A stretch of DNA of 64,000 nucleotides from Sphyrna mokarran (GCA_024679065.1 JAGIQG010000007.1:124682001-124746000), one strand, 5' to 3'. Shown: positions 50,445 through 62,340, counted from the stretch's first letter. Notes: generated by a model not told the origin, from the sequence alone. Program-made: numbers and translations.

Positions 50445-53245
50445 TTAGGGGGCAATTAACATCTAAAGGACCAACAAGGAAATCAGCAGTTTAGGGTTAT
50501 AATCCCAACTCTGTTGGTGTAAGGCAAGGGCATCCTCCACTGATTGTCTCAGGTGGTGGAAAGGGGTCATCACATTTTATTGGTCAGTCGCTGCCCACTT
50601 GAAGTTAGGCAGCACCCAGCCAATGAGATATTGCCCTGTCAGCTTCCATCTTCCCCTCTGGGTGCTTCTGATTGAGAAATCCTGTTCTGACAAGCAGGCA
50701 GTGAAAGGATAGACCCAAGAAACAAAAGATGAAGACTCATCAAGTTGGAAATTGGAATTTCAGGACTGTGTGTCCTGACGTGTCAGAAGGATTGGTAGTG
50801 AACAGATAATGTATGAAGACAGCATTGATCGACCATGAGCTGTACAAGTTCAACATCAACACTGCTGCTCTCCAGGAGACTAGATTGGCTGACATTGGAT
50901 CAATACACGAGACTAATGATACCTTCTCCTGGAATGACAAAAGTAGAATGACTGTTGTGAAAATGAAGTGATTGATATGGATATTGAGATGCCTGCTGTG
51001 ACCTCTGAGTACCTCATATCTCTTCATCTAACATCAGATGTAAGTTTTGTTGACATTATCTGCGCTTATGAGCCAGTAGCAGGATGAGTGTAACCAGAGA
51101 AAGTCCAAACATCGCAGATTGTGCATCAACATTCCATGCATGAAGGCTGAAGACCGATGTCAGGCATTCTCAAAAGCTTTTGTGCTTTTCACCTGATGGC
51201 TCACAAGATAACACTGAGGAAGCGTAGAAATCCCTGTGATCAATATGAAGTTACAGTAACAACATTTGGCAAAAGAAGAAACAGGAGCAACGATTGATTT
51301 GATCCTTGTCTTACGGAAATATCTCCTGCCTCTGAAGCAAAGCAAATAGCTCATCTGGCTTAACTCGAAAGGCAGCACCTCATACTCACCGAGGCAGTTG
51401 CACAGAAGACAGCAAAGTACTGTGCCAACAAGTATTGGATTAAACTATATGAAGTAAAATGCACATGGTGTGTCACAGTATCAAAAGACCACTTGAACCC
51501 TCCATCACCGATGGGGCTCCTTTAAAATCCACAACACATCACTGACCAGAACAAGCAGAGGCCTTTTGGATAGAACATGACTGAGCTGCACTCACATGTG
51601 ACAGGTATATCAAAGTTTGATGACTTTTTGCAATTATGAATATTCATCATTTGAGTTTGAAGAGGTCATTGACTTCCTCGGAGCAAAATACCTAGAAATG
51701 ATGGAATGCTGATTGAACTACTCAAGTATGGAAAGTCCCACCTGCAGCCAGAGTTTGGGCACTTCTTCCTCATCCAGAGAGAGAGCTGTGTCCCACAGGA
51801 TGTGTACGATGCAAATGTCATCACATCATACAAGAACAGCAATGATCAAGGGGATTGAAACATACTGGAGATCTCTCTCTCCTTGGTGTCAGTGGGAATT
51901 TATTTGCCAGAGTAAATCCACTGAGGTTTCATTGACTAGTTAACAGATTATACCCAAAGGCACAATGGGGTTTTAGAGCAAATCCTTGGTTAGCCTGATT
52001 TCCCCTTTTAAATTTAAGAGAAATGCAGTATTCAGCAAATTCCACTTTTTGTGAATCTCACAAAGGTATTTGACACCATGAGCAGGATCAACCTCTAAAA
52101 TGTACTGGAGAAAATCAACTGTCCTCACAAACTTTGCACTCTATTTCAGTCCTCCTGTGGTAACATGCAAAGCATTATTCAATTTGACAGTTCTACTTCA
52201 GATGCTTTTGAGATCAGGAATGGAGTTGAAATAGCTGTGTCTTAGCTCCTACTTGAATTGGTGTCTTCTAGCTCTGTCCTCCTGACCTATGCATACTCTT
52301 CCAACATAGAAGGACTGTAACTCCACGCTCAATCAAATGGAAAACTCCTCAAGCTATCAAGATAAAGAGTGGCATGTCCAGATCAGATCTCTCTGTGCTA
52401 ACGCTGCTACATTAATTGCCCAAATAGAAAACCAGCTGCAAAAGCTCATGGAATCCCACTGCCATCTCCCTCACCATCAGTGTCGAGAAAATTGCAATTA
52501 TGGTTCAGGGTTTTGTGTCTCAGCCTGTGATCAGATTCAAAAACACCACTGAAAACAGTTGTCATATTCTGCTGCGTGGAGTCAAAGGTGACCTGTGTCT
52601 TGATGGAGAACACAGCACACACATTGGAAAAGCAACGAACAACTTTGGACAACTAACATAGCTGGTACAGACTGCAGGAACAAGGTGCTTATGTACAAGC
52701 CCTGCCACCTCAGGGTATTTCTTTTACAGCAACAAAGTCTGAACAGTTTCCACCTCCCAAGAACAAATGCCTAATAACTTCCATCTCCAGTATCTTTGAT
52801 GTGACCTCAGCACCACATGAAAAGCAAAGTTACCATTGAAGCTGTCCTTTCCAGGACAAACATGCGAGACAATCCAGCACTACTCGGGCAATGCGCTGGA
52901 TGCAAGATGATCACATCCCAAGGATGTGCCACACAGAGTATTGGCCGATGCCAAGAGACCAGCAGGGTGTCCGCAAACTCAAATCAAAGATGCTGTCAAA
53001 AGCGATATGAAACTGCTGAACAAGAATAAGGACAAATGCAAAACTCCAGCTGACAATTGACACGATCAGTGACACCAGAGCTGTAGGCAGGAATTTGCCA
53101 TCAGAATGATATGTTTCCTTGTTCAGAACCTCCAAAGCTGATACCAAACTTGTAAACAAGGAGACAGCAGGAATCATCCCACATCAGCAGCATCCCACAG
53201 CTTCACATGTGGCACTTGTTCAGCCATCAAAAGAAATACAGCAAA
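50445..53245 (+). mobile_element. Near full-length decayed RTE-clade LINE
   Basis: APE start (GNWNFRT..KTALIDHELYKFNINTAALQETRL, ~50745-50890). RT motifs FVNLTKVFD (~52047) and GV...CVLAPT (~52222-52253). Multiple stops and frameshifts. Confidence 0.85.
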
Positions 53246-53712
53246 TGATCTGATCTGATCTGACCTCACCAGAGTTTTGTGGCTGCATTTCCATTATGGA
53301 ATGATGCAAACCAGCAACAACTGAACCTCCTTCACCTATGTTTCATCTTAGTGTCAGATATTAGAAAGGTAAAGGTCCTTTTGGGTGCTAATCACGCATC
53401 ATGGCTCCATTCTCAAGACACGCTTATTATAACTATTGTCACATGCTTATTTTCAATGTTGTCAAATAAATCATCAGTGTTTAAAATTGAGAAATTCTAT
53501 TTGTTGCTTTGGCCGCTTGGAGTAATATTCAATAATCTGTGTGAAATGAGGACAATAGTGTCTCAGAACTTTATTAAAGACTTACTTGGCAAGCAAGAAA
53601 CTTGGGTTTTGGCTATTAAATTAGCCACTTTATTGATTAATGGACAAAATTGATTTTTAAAATTAATTTTACAGAATGTGGGCATTTATTGCCCATCTCA
53701 AAACTGCTTTCT

Positions 53713-53850
53713 CATCTGTGACAAAGGGTCAGCAGATTTGAAATGTTCCTCTATTCTCTCTCCACAAATGTTGTCAGACCTGCTGAGATTTTCCAGCATA
53801 TTCTGTTTTTGTTTCAGACTCCAGATTCGCAGTGTTTTGCTTTTATCTCA
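53713..53850 (+). mobile_element. PLE pLTR remnant
   Basis: tgacaaagggtc..tgaaatgtt..tctctccacaaatgttgtcagacctgctgag..tccagca resembles the pLTR at 18061-18125. Confidence 0.6.
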
Positions 53851-55193
53851 GAGGTGTGCCTTTCCTGACTTGATTGCAATCCCAGTTTTGCAGTTTCCTC
53901 TGGTAACCTGTCTGTTGAGTTATTGGGTCGCAATTAGATCAAAATATTCAAATCAGGCATTACTATTAAAATGGATAGGGTCTACATGATTTGACCTTGC
54001 CAGGTTCCTTTCCTGGGCTCTGTTGCATCTGCCTTGCCCTTTGGGGCCAGAAGATTAATTACCATGCTAGCACTCGATCTTTGAAAGGGAGATCCACGTG
54101 TTTCCATTCCCTCAACTTATTGTACTCTCTTTTTCCACTATTTGTCCTACTCAACTGGGATTAACTAAGAAGTTTAACAAAAAAGGACGGCATGGATAAG
54201 TTGGGCTGAAGGGCCTGTTTTCATGCTGGAAACCTCTGTGACTCTACTCCTGCTTTGCTCCATTCTCCTTTGCCATGTTCTTTTGTCTTTCATTCTGTGT
54301 TCTTTCTTTTTTTGTCATTTGTTTTGATGGTTCTATATTTAAAATTGCTCTTAGGTAAGATTACAGACAAATGGCGGGATGTGTTTAAAATTAAAATTAC
54401 CTTGAGACAAGACCAATATATACTCCTCAGGGAAAGAACTCTGCTTACCGTATAAAACAGCTGAGGTCTACAAAAGAGTTGAAAAATAACACAAAACTGA
54501 AGGGAAGAACATATGAAAGTTAAAAATAAAAGTTTGTATTTCAGTGAACTGTGCGAGTTGAAAAGAAGAAAGACAAAATGGTAACGGACTGCATAAAAGC
54601 AAAGATGGAAAAACTTGAGAGGTATCAAGATACATACAAAAGATTTTTGCAATTATATTTGAAAGGAATTGCCAAGGGTGAAGCAGGTGCTGGTTCTTCA
54701 GAAGTAGATGCAGGTAATGTCAAACTTGACAATTTTTTTTTCAGTCTTCACAACCAAAGATTAGAATAACCGACCTGCCATGCCAAAGAACTTAGAAATA
54801 AATCAAGGACGGAGCATAAAAGTAAGAAAAAATGTAATGATTACTAAAGACTGACAAATGCCCAAGTCCAAATGATTTCCACGTCAAGATTTTAAAGGAA
54901 TGAGATGAGGAAATTGTCACTGATTGGGAAAGAGAATTGTCCCTTTTGATTGGAAAATTACAAGTGTGACTGTTATTTGAAACGTATGAGAGAGACAAAC
55001 CAGAAAATGAGAGATTTACCAGTCTAACATCTGGGGGGAAAGATTATTGGAATCTACAATTAAGGGCAGGTGATGAGGAACATAGGAAAATATGAAAGGT
55101 TCAAGAGGGCCAGCTTGGGTTTCTGAATGGTGAGTCACATTGGACTGAATTAAAGTCATAGCCAAGGAGATATTTGTGTCTGTAGCTAATACT

Positions 55194-56298
55194 GGGTCAG
55201 ATTTTACAGGGTTGGAAGGCGGCGAGGAGGGGGGTGATGTGGGGGTGAGGGGAGGAGAGGAGAGAGGAGTTTGAGGGTGAACTATTGACATTCATTGTAA
55301 TTATCCCTCTGAAAGTGATCATGACTTCAGTATCTTGGGCATGTGCAGATTAGCATGGAAATTCTGACATTGCAGTCTGTCACTGACATAAACTGTGCTC
55401 TGGCCAACACTTGCCCAGACTGTCAATCACTGAAATTGGTGAGAATTTTAATTGTCCACTGAAGAGCATTGCAGTATCCATACACAGTAATGGATCTGAA
55501 ATTATCACCAGAGAGCATATTGCTTCAGCACTGACCATGCAATTTGGTCCAGTATTGACTTCGAGAAGGCATCCAATAAAGTTCCAAATCAGAGATTGTT
55601 AGCTAAAATCAAAACTCCCAGAAGTTGGTTAGGCCATTGACATAGCAGTAAAAACCATCATTACAAGATAATGGGTGCAATATGAAACTCATGCCCTTAG
55701 CCAGCACCAAGGACCCAGCCTTGATTCCCAGCTTAGTTCGCTGTTTGTGTGGACTTTGCACATTCTCCCCGTGTCTACACGGATTTCCTCTGGGTGCTTC
55801 GATCTCCCACAGTCCGAAAGATGTGCTGGTTAGATGCATTGGCCATCCTAAATTGCCTCTCAGTGTACGCGAACAGGCGCCAGAGTGTGGTGATTACGAG
55901 ATTTTCACAGTAACTTCATTGCAGCATTAACTGTGACTCTAATAAATAAACTTTAAAACTATCCTGACTCCCATGTCTCGATCAGCCCTCCAAAATGCGA
56001 AATGGCTGCATTTTCCATTTTATCAACTTTAAAAATTACTTTCTAAATAGCAACCACAGCAATGACTGCTGAAGTGAGGCAGAATGTGCACCATGTTTTC
56101 TGTTTTCACCCACCTCTGTTTACAACCACACCCCCCACCCCCATTCCCAGCAGTCGTTAATCAGCCAGCAAAACTGTCGACAACCAATTGTCAATTCACC
56201 TCCACCAAAATACCATAAAGTTTCTACATCTCACTAGAGGGTAGACCCGGAAACATACCCACCCCCTGATTCCTGTCTCCATTACAAAAACCCAGCCC
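55194..56298. mobile_element. TIR-bounded non-autonomous element splitting the CR1 just before GVPQG
   Basis: Ends gggtcagatttt and aaaaacccagccc; CR1 sequence resumes on both sides. Confidence 0.5.
55692..55960 (+). mobile_element. HE1-type V-SINE, alternative-tail subfamily
   Basis: HE1 body plus attttcacagtaacttcattgcag..aataaataaacttt. Confidence 0.85.
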
Positions 56299-56770
56299 GT
56301 GGTGTCCCACAAGGATTTGTGCTGGGCTTTCAACTATTAACGTCTTTAGCACAATGAAGAGCTACATATTCAAGCTCACCAATGTCAAAAAGAATGGCAA
56401 CATTGGAGTGTTGGAGACAGGCGAGAACATTAAAAAGACATTGATAATTAAATCAGCAGTTGAAAAGCAGTTAGCATTCAGTACAGATGAGTGTGAAGTC
56501 ACCCAATTTGGACCAAAGAAAGCATAGTTCTGGATATTTAAATGGTGAAAACCTAGGAACAGTGGATGAGCGGAGAGATATAGGAGCCAAGTACACCAAT
56601 CACTAATAATGTCACTGACAATAGATCCAAAAATAATCAAAATGGTTAAAGGAATCTCAGCCTTTATATCTAAAGGGCTACATTATAAATTGGAGCAAGT
56701 TTTATTAAAACCATGTAAAGCCATGAATAAACCACACCTGAGTTCTAAGCTCTTAACTTTAGAAACTTTT

Positions 56771-57055
56771 GGTGGCACAGTGGCACTTCTTCCTCACAAC
56801 GCCAGGGATCTGGATTTGATTCTGGGCTTGGGTGACTGAATGTTTGGAGTTTGCACTTCCTCCCTGTGTCTGTATGGATATCTTCCCAGGTGCTCCAGTC
56901 TCCTCCCACAGTTCAAAAATGTGCATTTCAGGTGGATTAGCCATGGTAAATGTCTAGCATTAAGGTGATAGGGCTGGGTGGAATGCTCTTTCAGAGAGCT
57001 GGTGTTGAACTGATGGGTCAAGTGGCGTCTTGCTGCACTATAGGGAGTCTATGGT
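56771..57055 (+). mobile_element. HE1-type V-SINE, CR1-type tail
   Basis: ggtggcacagtggc..tttggagtttgcac..cactatagggagtctatg. Confidence 0.85.
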
Positions 57056-57645
57056 ACTATAACTGGCCTTGGAAAAGATCTATCAGGGCTAAAATGTTAG
57101 AGTATGAGGAGAAATTACAAATGGCCCTTGTTTTCTGCAAGATAAAATATTAATAAGTGATTTGATTGAGGTAGTATTTTGGAAGGAATTGATATGATAG
57201 AGGTAAGCATTTGCCTCGTGGGTAATCTAACATTTAGCTCCATAATTTTAAAGTCAAAGCTGGTACATTATGAGAGAAATTGTTCAAGCATAAACTAATG
57301 GCAGAATGGAACGCTCACAAAAAGCATTCTTCAAGCTCAGTTAATAATATGAGATTGATACGTTTTTGTTGGTTGATAGAGTAAAAGGATATGGAGCAAT
57401 GACAAGAGAAGATGGCATTAAGATACAGATTAGTTGTAATCTCATTGAATGGCAGAACAGTCTTGAGGGACTGATTTGTCTATACCTGTTTCTTTGTTCC
57501 TCTAATGTGTTGTTAACCAATGCATTGAACGTACTGCTGTGCTCCATCAATCTCAGCTAGGCTGTCGGGTCAAAACACTGAGCAAGGGTGAAGCAAAATT
57601 GGTACTTACCTTTTATTTATCTCCAATTCCTTGAGGCAAGTAGAA

Positions 57646-58737
57646 GCATTAAATACAAATCATCAACTGAGGTAGCCTTTAAATGGGGAAGGGAAATGAA
57701 ACCTTTTTAAACAAAAGTAACAAATACAAATAATTCAACATTTGTGATGGTTTAAAATGACATGTCGTATGTTTTTTTCTCATGCATTGTATATGCCAGC
57801 TCAAATATTCATATCACACGTACATTTTCTGTCTTTGTGAAATATTTCAGATCGAATTTTTATAAAATTATCTGGTTTTACCAGCACATTTGAACAAAAT
57901 AAACCATTTTGATTTGAAAGATGAATAATATCAACTGCAATTTGATTTGTATCCAATACAGATCGACTTTTCACAAAACTTATGATTGTTTTTTAAAAAA
58001 TTGCACAGGAAACTTTTCCTGCTTTCAAAACTGATTCTGCCAAATAAATCTATTTGGCGGTCTTCAAATTAAGATTTTTCTCCTTGGTCCAAAGATGCTT
58101 TTAAAATGTTTTTCATATAAAAAAATGTAATTTGCCGAGAAAGCAACAAATCAAATGAACAAATGAGTTTGGCATCCATTTTCAAGTCATTTCAAATCAG
58201 AATGGTCACAAGTGGTGTATTAGACTTACTAAAGTCTAAATTAAAAATACTTTTTTGTGATAAACTTCATTCCAAGAGCCTTAATAAAATGATACCAGCT
58301 TATAACTCATAAATATATTACTACAGCCACAGCAGATGTTGTTCATTGAGCAAGCCAAATCCCAGTGGGAAACTTGTCCCAGTGGTCATAACTTTTTTTT
58401 TCAAATTCTGTGTACAAGGAAAAGAAATAATTGATTCTAGGACCATAGCATTCCAGTAACATTTTGGAGATTTTAAAACTTAAAAGATTTGTTAACAAGA
58501 AAAAAAGTAAGTATATGAGATCGAAGTTATACATTTGAAGAAGCCTTACAAAACATGGCCACACCACCATCACCCTGCACCTCCCCGATAGTCTCACTTC
58601 ACAAATAAACACATTCTAGGCAACATTCTTCTGATTGCATTAAATACTAATCATCAGCTGAGGTAGCCTTTAAATGGAAAGAGAAAATTAAACCTTTTTT
58701 TTAAAGGAGTAAAAACAAATATTCAACATTCATGATG
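57646..58737. repeat. Dispersed ~100-bp direct duplication (57646-57749 and 58637-58737)
   Basis: gcattaaatac.aatcatca.ctgaggtagcctttaaatgg..aaaccttttt..attcaacatt..tgatg occurs twice, ~990 bp apart. Confidence 0.88.
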
Positions 58738-58888
58738 ACTAATTTGGGCAAAAGTAATCATTGTACTGGAAGAAAGTAAAAAAAAACTGAAAAATGCATA
58801 TTCATTTTCTAACATTTTAAAATATTGCAAACTTTATTTATTTTAACACAAGTATGCATATATCATAATAAATTAACTATAACTCCAT

Positions 58889-59870
58889 GCTGAAACCTTC
58901 AAAATCATTTCAAGCACTGTTTGAATCACCACACAATTAATCCCAAAAGTCTGGATATGTAACATCACCATATGGATCTTTCTCATCATCATCATCATCA
59001 TTATTGATGTAGCCAATAACTTTGGCACATCATTTCACAAATAATTGTCCTCTGCACTGTTGAGGACAATCAATATTTTAAAGATGAGGTTTTTACAACA
59101 TTAGAATTTGCTAATGAGGATGCTCACATATTTCCATCCATGGTGAATGCTTTGTTTTGCCTTCCAATGTCCAATTGCTCCATATCTTTTCGGCTACTGT
59201 CCTTGCCATGTTTATTAATACACACATTCAGGGCTGAACAACAGTCACTAGACTGCTGGGAATAACTACAATATCAGCATTGATTGATCGTACAGCACAG
59301 CACAGACTACATCATCAGTAAATTGGGATGTGAACATATCCCTGATGAGTAAACCTTTATCTCTGTCTAGTCCTGCGGGTCTCAAATTCCAAACTGACCT
59401 GATTGCTCCTTGAAACCGCCTTCATCCATCCAGCATTTTTTGTAAGCATGGACAAAAATGCCTCTTTGAAATCTCTCTTGGGGTTTATGTTTGAACATTG
59501 CTATCAGCTTTAATTTTATGTCATATGCCACAAGATAGAACCATTGTGGATTGCAGCTTCTCATGGCCAATCATCTTCACAGGAATGTTATATTATTCAC
59601 CAGTCTTGTAATGTTTTGTTTTTGCTGGCATATTTAAGCTTATCAACATTTCATTCATATTCATATTTCCAATGCAGACTAATTGTGCTATTCTTCTCTG
59701 TGTTGGATGACAAAACAATAAAATTTTCTGATTGTATCATCATGTCCAGGTGGCAGGCACTGTGGATGTTTTGTTGCCTGATAGAGTATTAAATCATGCC
59801 TTTTCATGAATCTTGTGTACCATCTGGCACTGCGCTTGAATGCTGAAATAACATTCTTTCCCAATTCTCT
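58889..59870 (-). pseudogene. Decayed pogo/Tigger (Tc1/mariner superfamily) transposase
   Basis: Minus-strand frames give a CENP-B-type HTH remnant WYTRFMKRHDL..QCLP, then DDE_1-type motifs IGNM..E, GHEK..TMVLSC, GIFVHAYKKCWMDE, VWNLRPAGL..LLIRDMF, IVVIPSSL..VVQP/LNVCINK, and an acidic tail DDDDDE..DFEGF. Confidence 0.85.
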
Positions 59871-59879
59871 GTGGACGTT

Positions 59880-61002
59880 AGGTTGGATGGTTTTGTAAAT
59901 AGGGACATTGAATACAAAACACGGAAGTCGTGCTAAAGTTTTACAAATGACTGATTAAACGTAAACTGAAGTGTTTCGTGGAAAGTACATGTTAGGAAGC
60001 ATATCAAGGCCTTGGGGTGGAGAGGAAGTTCACCAGGGATAAGGACATTCAGTTTTGTATAAGATTGGAGAAGCTGGGATGTTTCGGTTCAGAAATAGAA
60101 AGTTAAGACAAAGCCTATTAGAGCAGTAGTGAAATCTACGTGGGGGAATTGATAGAGCAAGTAGCAAGATATTGGTCCCTCTGGCAAGTGGACCTGTAAT
60201 CAAAGGTCTTTAATAGAACGTAGAACATTACAACACAGTACAAGCCCTTGGGCCATCGATGTTGTGTCGAGCTGTGTCCGAACCCAAGATCAAGCTATCC
60301 GCTACCTATCATTCTGGTGTGCTCCATGTACCTATCCAATAACCGCTTGAAAGCTCCTAAAGTGTCCGACTCCACTATCACAGCAGGCAGTGCATTCCGC
60401 ACCCCAACCACTCCGAGTAAAGAATCTACCTCGGACATCCCTCCTATATCTCCCACCATGAACCTTAAAGTTATGCCCCCTATTAACAGCTACATGAACC
60501 TGAGGAAATAGTCTCTGAACATCCACTCTGTCTATCCCCCTCATCATCTTATAAATCTCTATTAAGTCATCTCTCATCCTCCTCTGCTCCAAACCAAAAA
60601 TCCCCAGCTTCCTCAACCTTTCCTCATCAGACCGACCTCTCCAAACCAGGCAGCATCCTGGTAAATCTCTTCTGTACTCTCTCCAATGCTTCCGCATCCT
60701 TCTGACAGTGAGGTGACCAGAACTGCACACAATAAATATAAAATAATTGTAAAAGAGAGAGGGGAAATTGGGAAAAATTTCTCCACACAAGATATGGAAC
60801 ACACAAAACTGAACGGGTAGTGAAATCAGGTTCCATATAAAGTTTCAAAAGGCAATTAGATCAATATGTGAAGAGAACAAAACGCGGTGTTATCGGCAAA
60901 AAGCTGAGATTTGGGACTAATTGGACAGTTGTTTCAAAAAACCAGATCAGATTTGATGGGCTGATTAGCCTCCTTCTGTGCTTTAGTATTCTAACGATTT
61001 AT
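59880..61002 (+). mobile_element. Older CR1 3' region, interrupted by a younger CR1
   Basis: RDIEYKTRK.., gattggagaagctgggatgtt, and tail tgggctgattagcctccttctgtgct. Confidence 0.7.
60213..60733 (-). mobile_element. Young CR1 3' fragment
   Basis: YCVQFWSPHCQKDAEALERVQKRFTRMLPGL..EERLRKLGIFGLEQRRMRDDLIEIYKMMRGIDRVD. Confidence 0.92.
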
Positions 61003-61312
61003 GATATGGCATAAATGTCTTAATTTTCAGGTTAATTTTGCTGTTCCTCGACAGTCCACATTAAGCCAGGGTTTGTTACTATGTTGGTGATGCTGGTAGT
61101 TAAGGCTATGGCAGCCATAAGCTTTGACATTGTAGTGGTTCTGCTGCTGCTAATTTGTTTAACTTAGTGATAGCTCCACACAACATGACGTGATTAAACA
61201 GGTTGTTCATCAGACCACATAGAATGATGCAGCACAGTAAGCTGCAAGTCGGATTCTAACACTTTTCAAGATCTCCAAAGTCAGTCAAACTCTTCTGCTA
61301 TTTCACTAGGAG

Positions 61313-61674
61313 TTCATGTCACACTATCTGTAACCCCCATGATTTGCCTAGCTTTGCAAAACCTCACTTACTGTGCTGTCCGGAAACAATACACATCTCT
61401 TTAACCTGTGCTCAGTGCTCCTTCGACTCACATTGTCGGCCACTTTAAGACTTGAATAGCAGGTTAGGTGTAAAGATTTGCATTCTAATCAGTAATCTGT
61501 AAACAGTCTGTGCTGTGATATGTGCTGTTTGAGACCAGAACACCTCATTGACCTGACAAAGAGGATAACCTCGAAAGCTTGAGTTTACTATCAAATAAAT
61601 CAGTTGGACTTAAACCTGGTGTCGTCAGACTTCTTACTGTGTTTACCCCAGTCCAACACCGGCATCTCCACATC
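61313..61674 (+). mobile_element. 5'-truncated Penelope-like element: ORF end, 3' region and pLTR with decayed hammerhead
   Basis: Starts FMSHYL* (stop 61331-61333). Hammerhead remnant CTGACAA-a-gagg(ataa)cctc-GAAA-gc at 61553-61578. Same pLTR end as the 29, 35 and 42 kb copies. TSD atttcac(t/c)aggag at 61300-61312 and 61675-61687. Confidence 0.82.
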
Positions 61675-61699
61675 ATTTCACCAGGAGCGAATATTTTTC

Positions 61700-62340
61700 C
61701 TTCAAATGTCTTTCAGCTCCAAAGTTTTTACTAAATTTTTTCCATCCACTTCGCGGCAAGTATGTTCCAGGGGAAACATATTCTCTTTAGCTATTATATC
61801 AAAAGCCTTAAAAATTTTGCACCGTTCTATCCATTTTTCCTCTTAATCATTTCTGCTCTAAGTGAATAACCCCAGTTTCTCAGAAAGCTTTCATCCCTGG
61901 TATTATTGTAGCATTACGTGCACCCGTCGAAGGCCTTGATGTATTTTCTATGTGGTGCTCAGTGGTCACAATAATCCAGCTTGCCCTTCACCAATGTTTC
62001 ATAAAAGTTTAGCACAAGCTCTTTTATACTCTGTTCTCTTGTTAATAATGTCAAAGATTCTGCAAACAGTTTTAAGAACTTTTCCCGTGTGGTCTGCCAC
62101 TTTTAAAGACTTGTGCTTCCCCTGCACTGCCTTTAAAATTGTACCACTTTATGTTGTCTCTCTTAAATATTTCTGCCAAAACGAATCACTTCACAATTTC
62201 ATGTGCTCATTTTCACCTTCCATTCATCTGCCCATTTCACTCGCTTCTCTTTCATCCTAAGATTTGTTATTTTTATCTTTACCACATTTCTGAATTTTGT
62301 GTCATTAGCAAACTTAGTTTTTAATGTCAAAGTCCAAGAA
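61700..62340 (-). mobile_element. Old CR1 remnant
   Basis: Decayed reverse-complement CR1 RT and 3' motifs (tttgtgtcattagcaaactt = KFANDTK). Confidence 0.55.

Larger units (their letters stand above)
54330..57505 (+). mobile_element. Very old CR1 ORF2 remnant fragmented by nested insertions
   Basis: CR1 motifs at 54850-55080, GVPQGFVLG at 56301, and a 3' UTR at ~57370-57505. Confidence 0.65.

Noticed and set aside
57167-57176. tgaggtagta, the first 10 nt of let-7
   Set aside because: The match stops at 10 nt, there is no precursor hairpin, and it lies in a decayed CR1 (LIEV motif).
59310-59360. Hairpin gggatgtg/catatccc followed by CTGATGA (possible type III hammerhead or C-box)
   Set aside because: No GAAA or stem II downstream, the triplet would be UUG, and the sequence is the antisense of pogo coding sequence.
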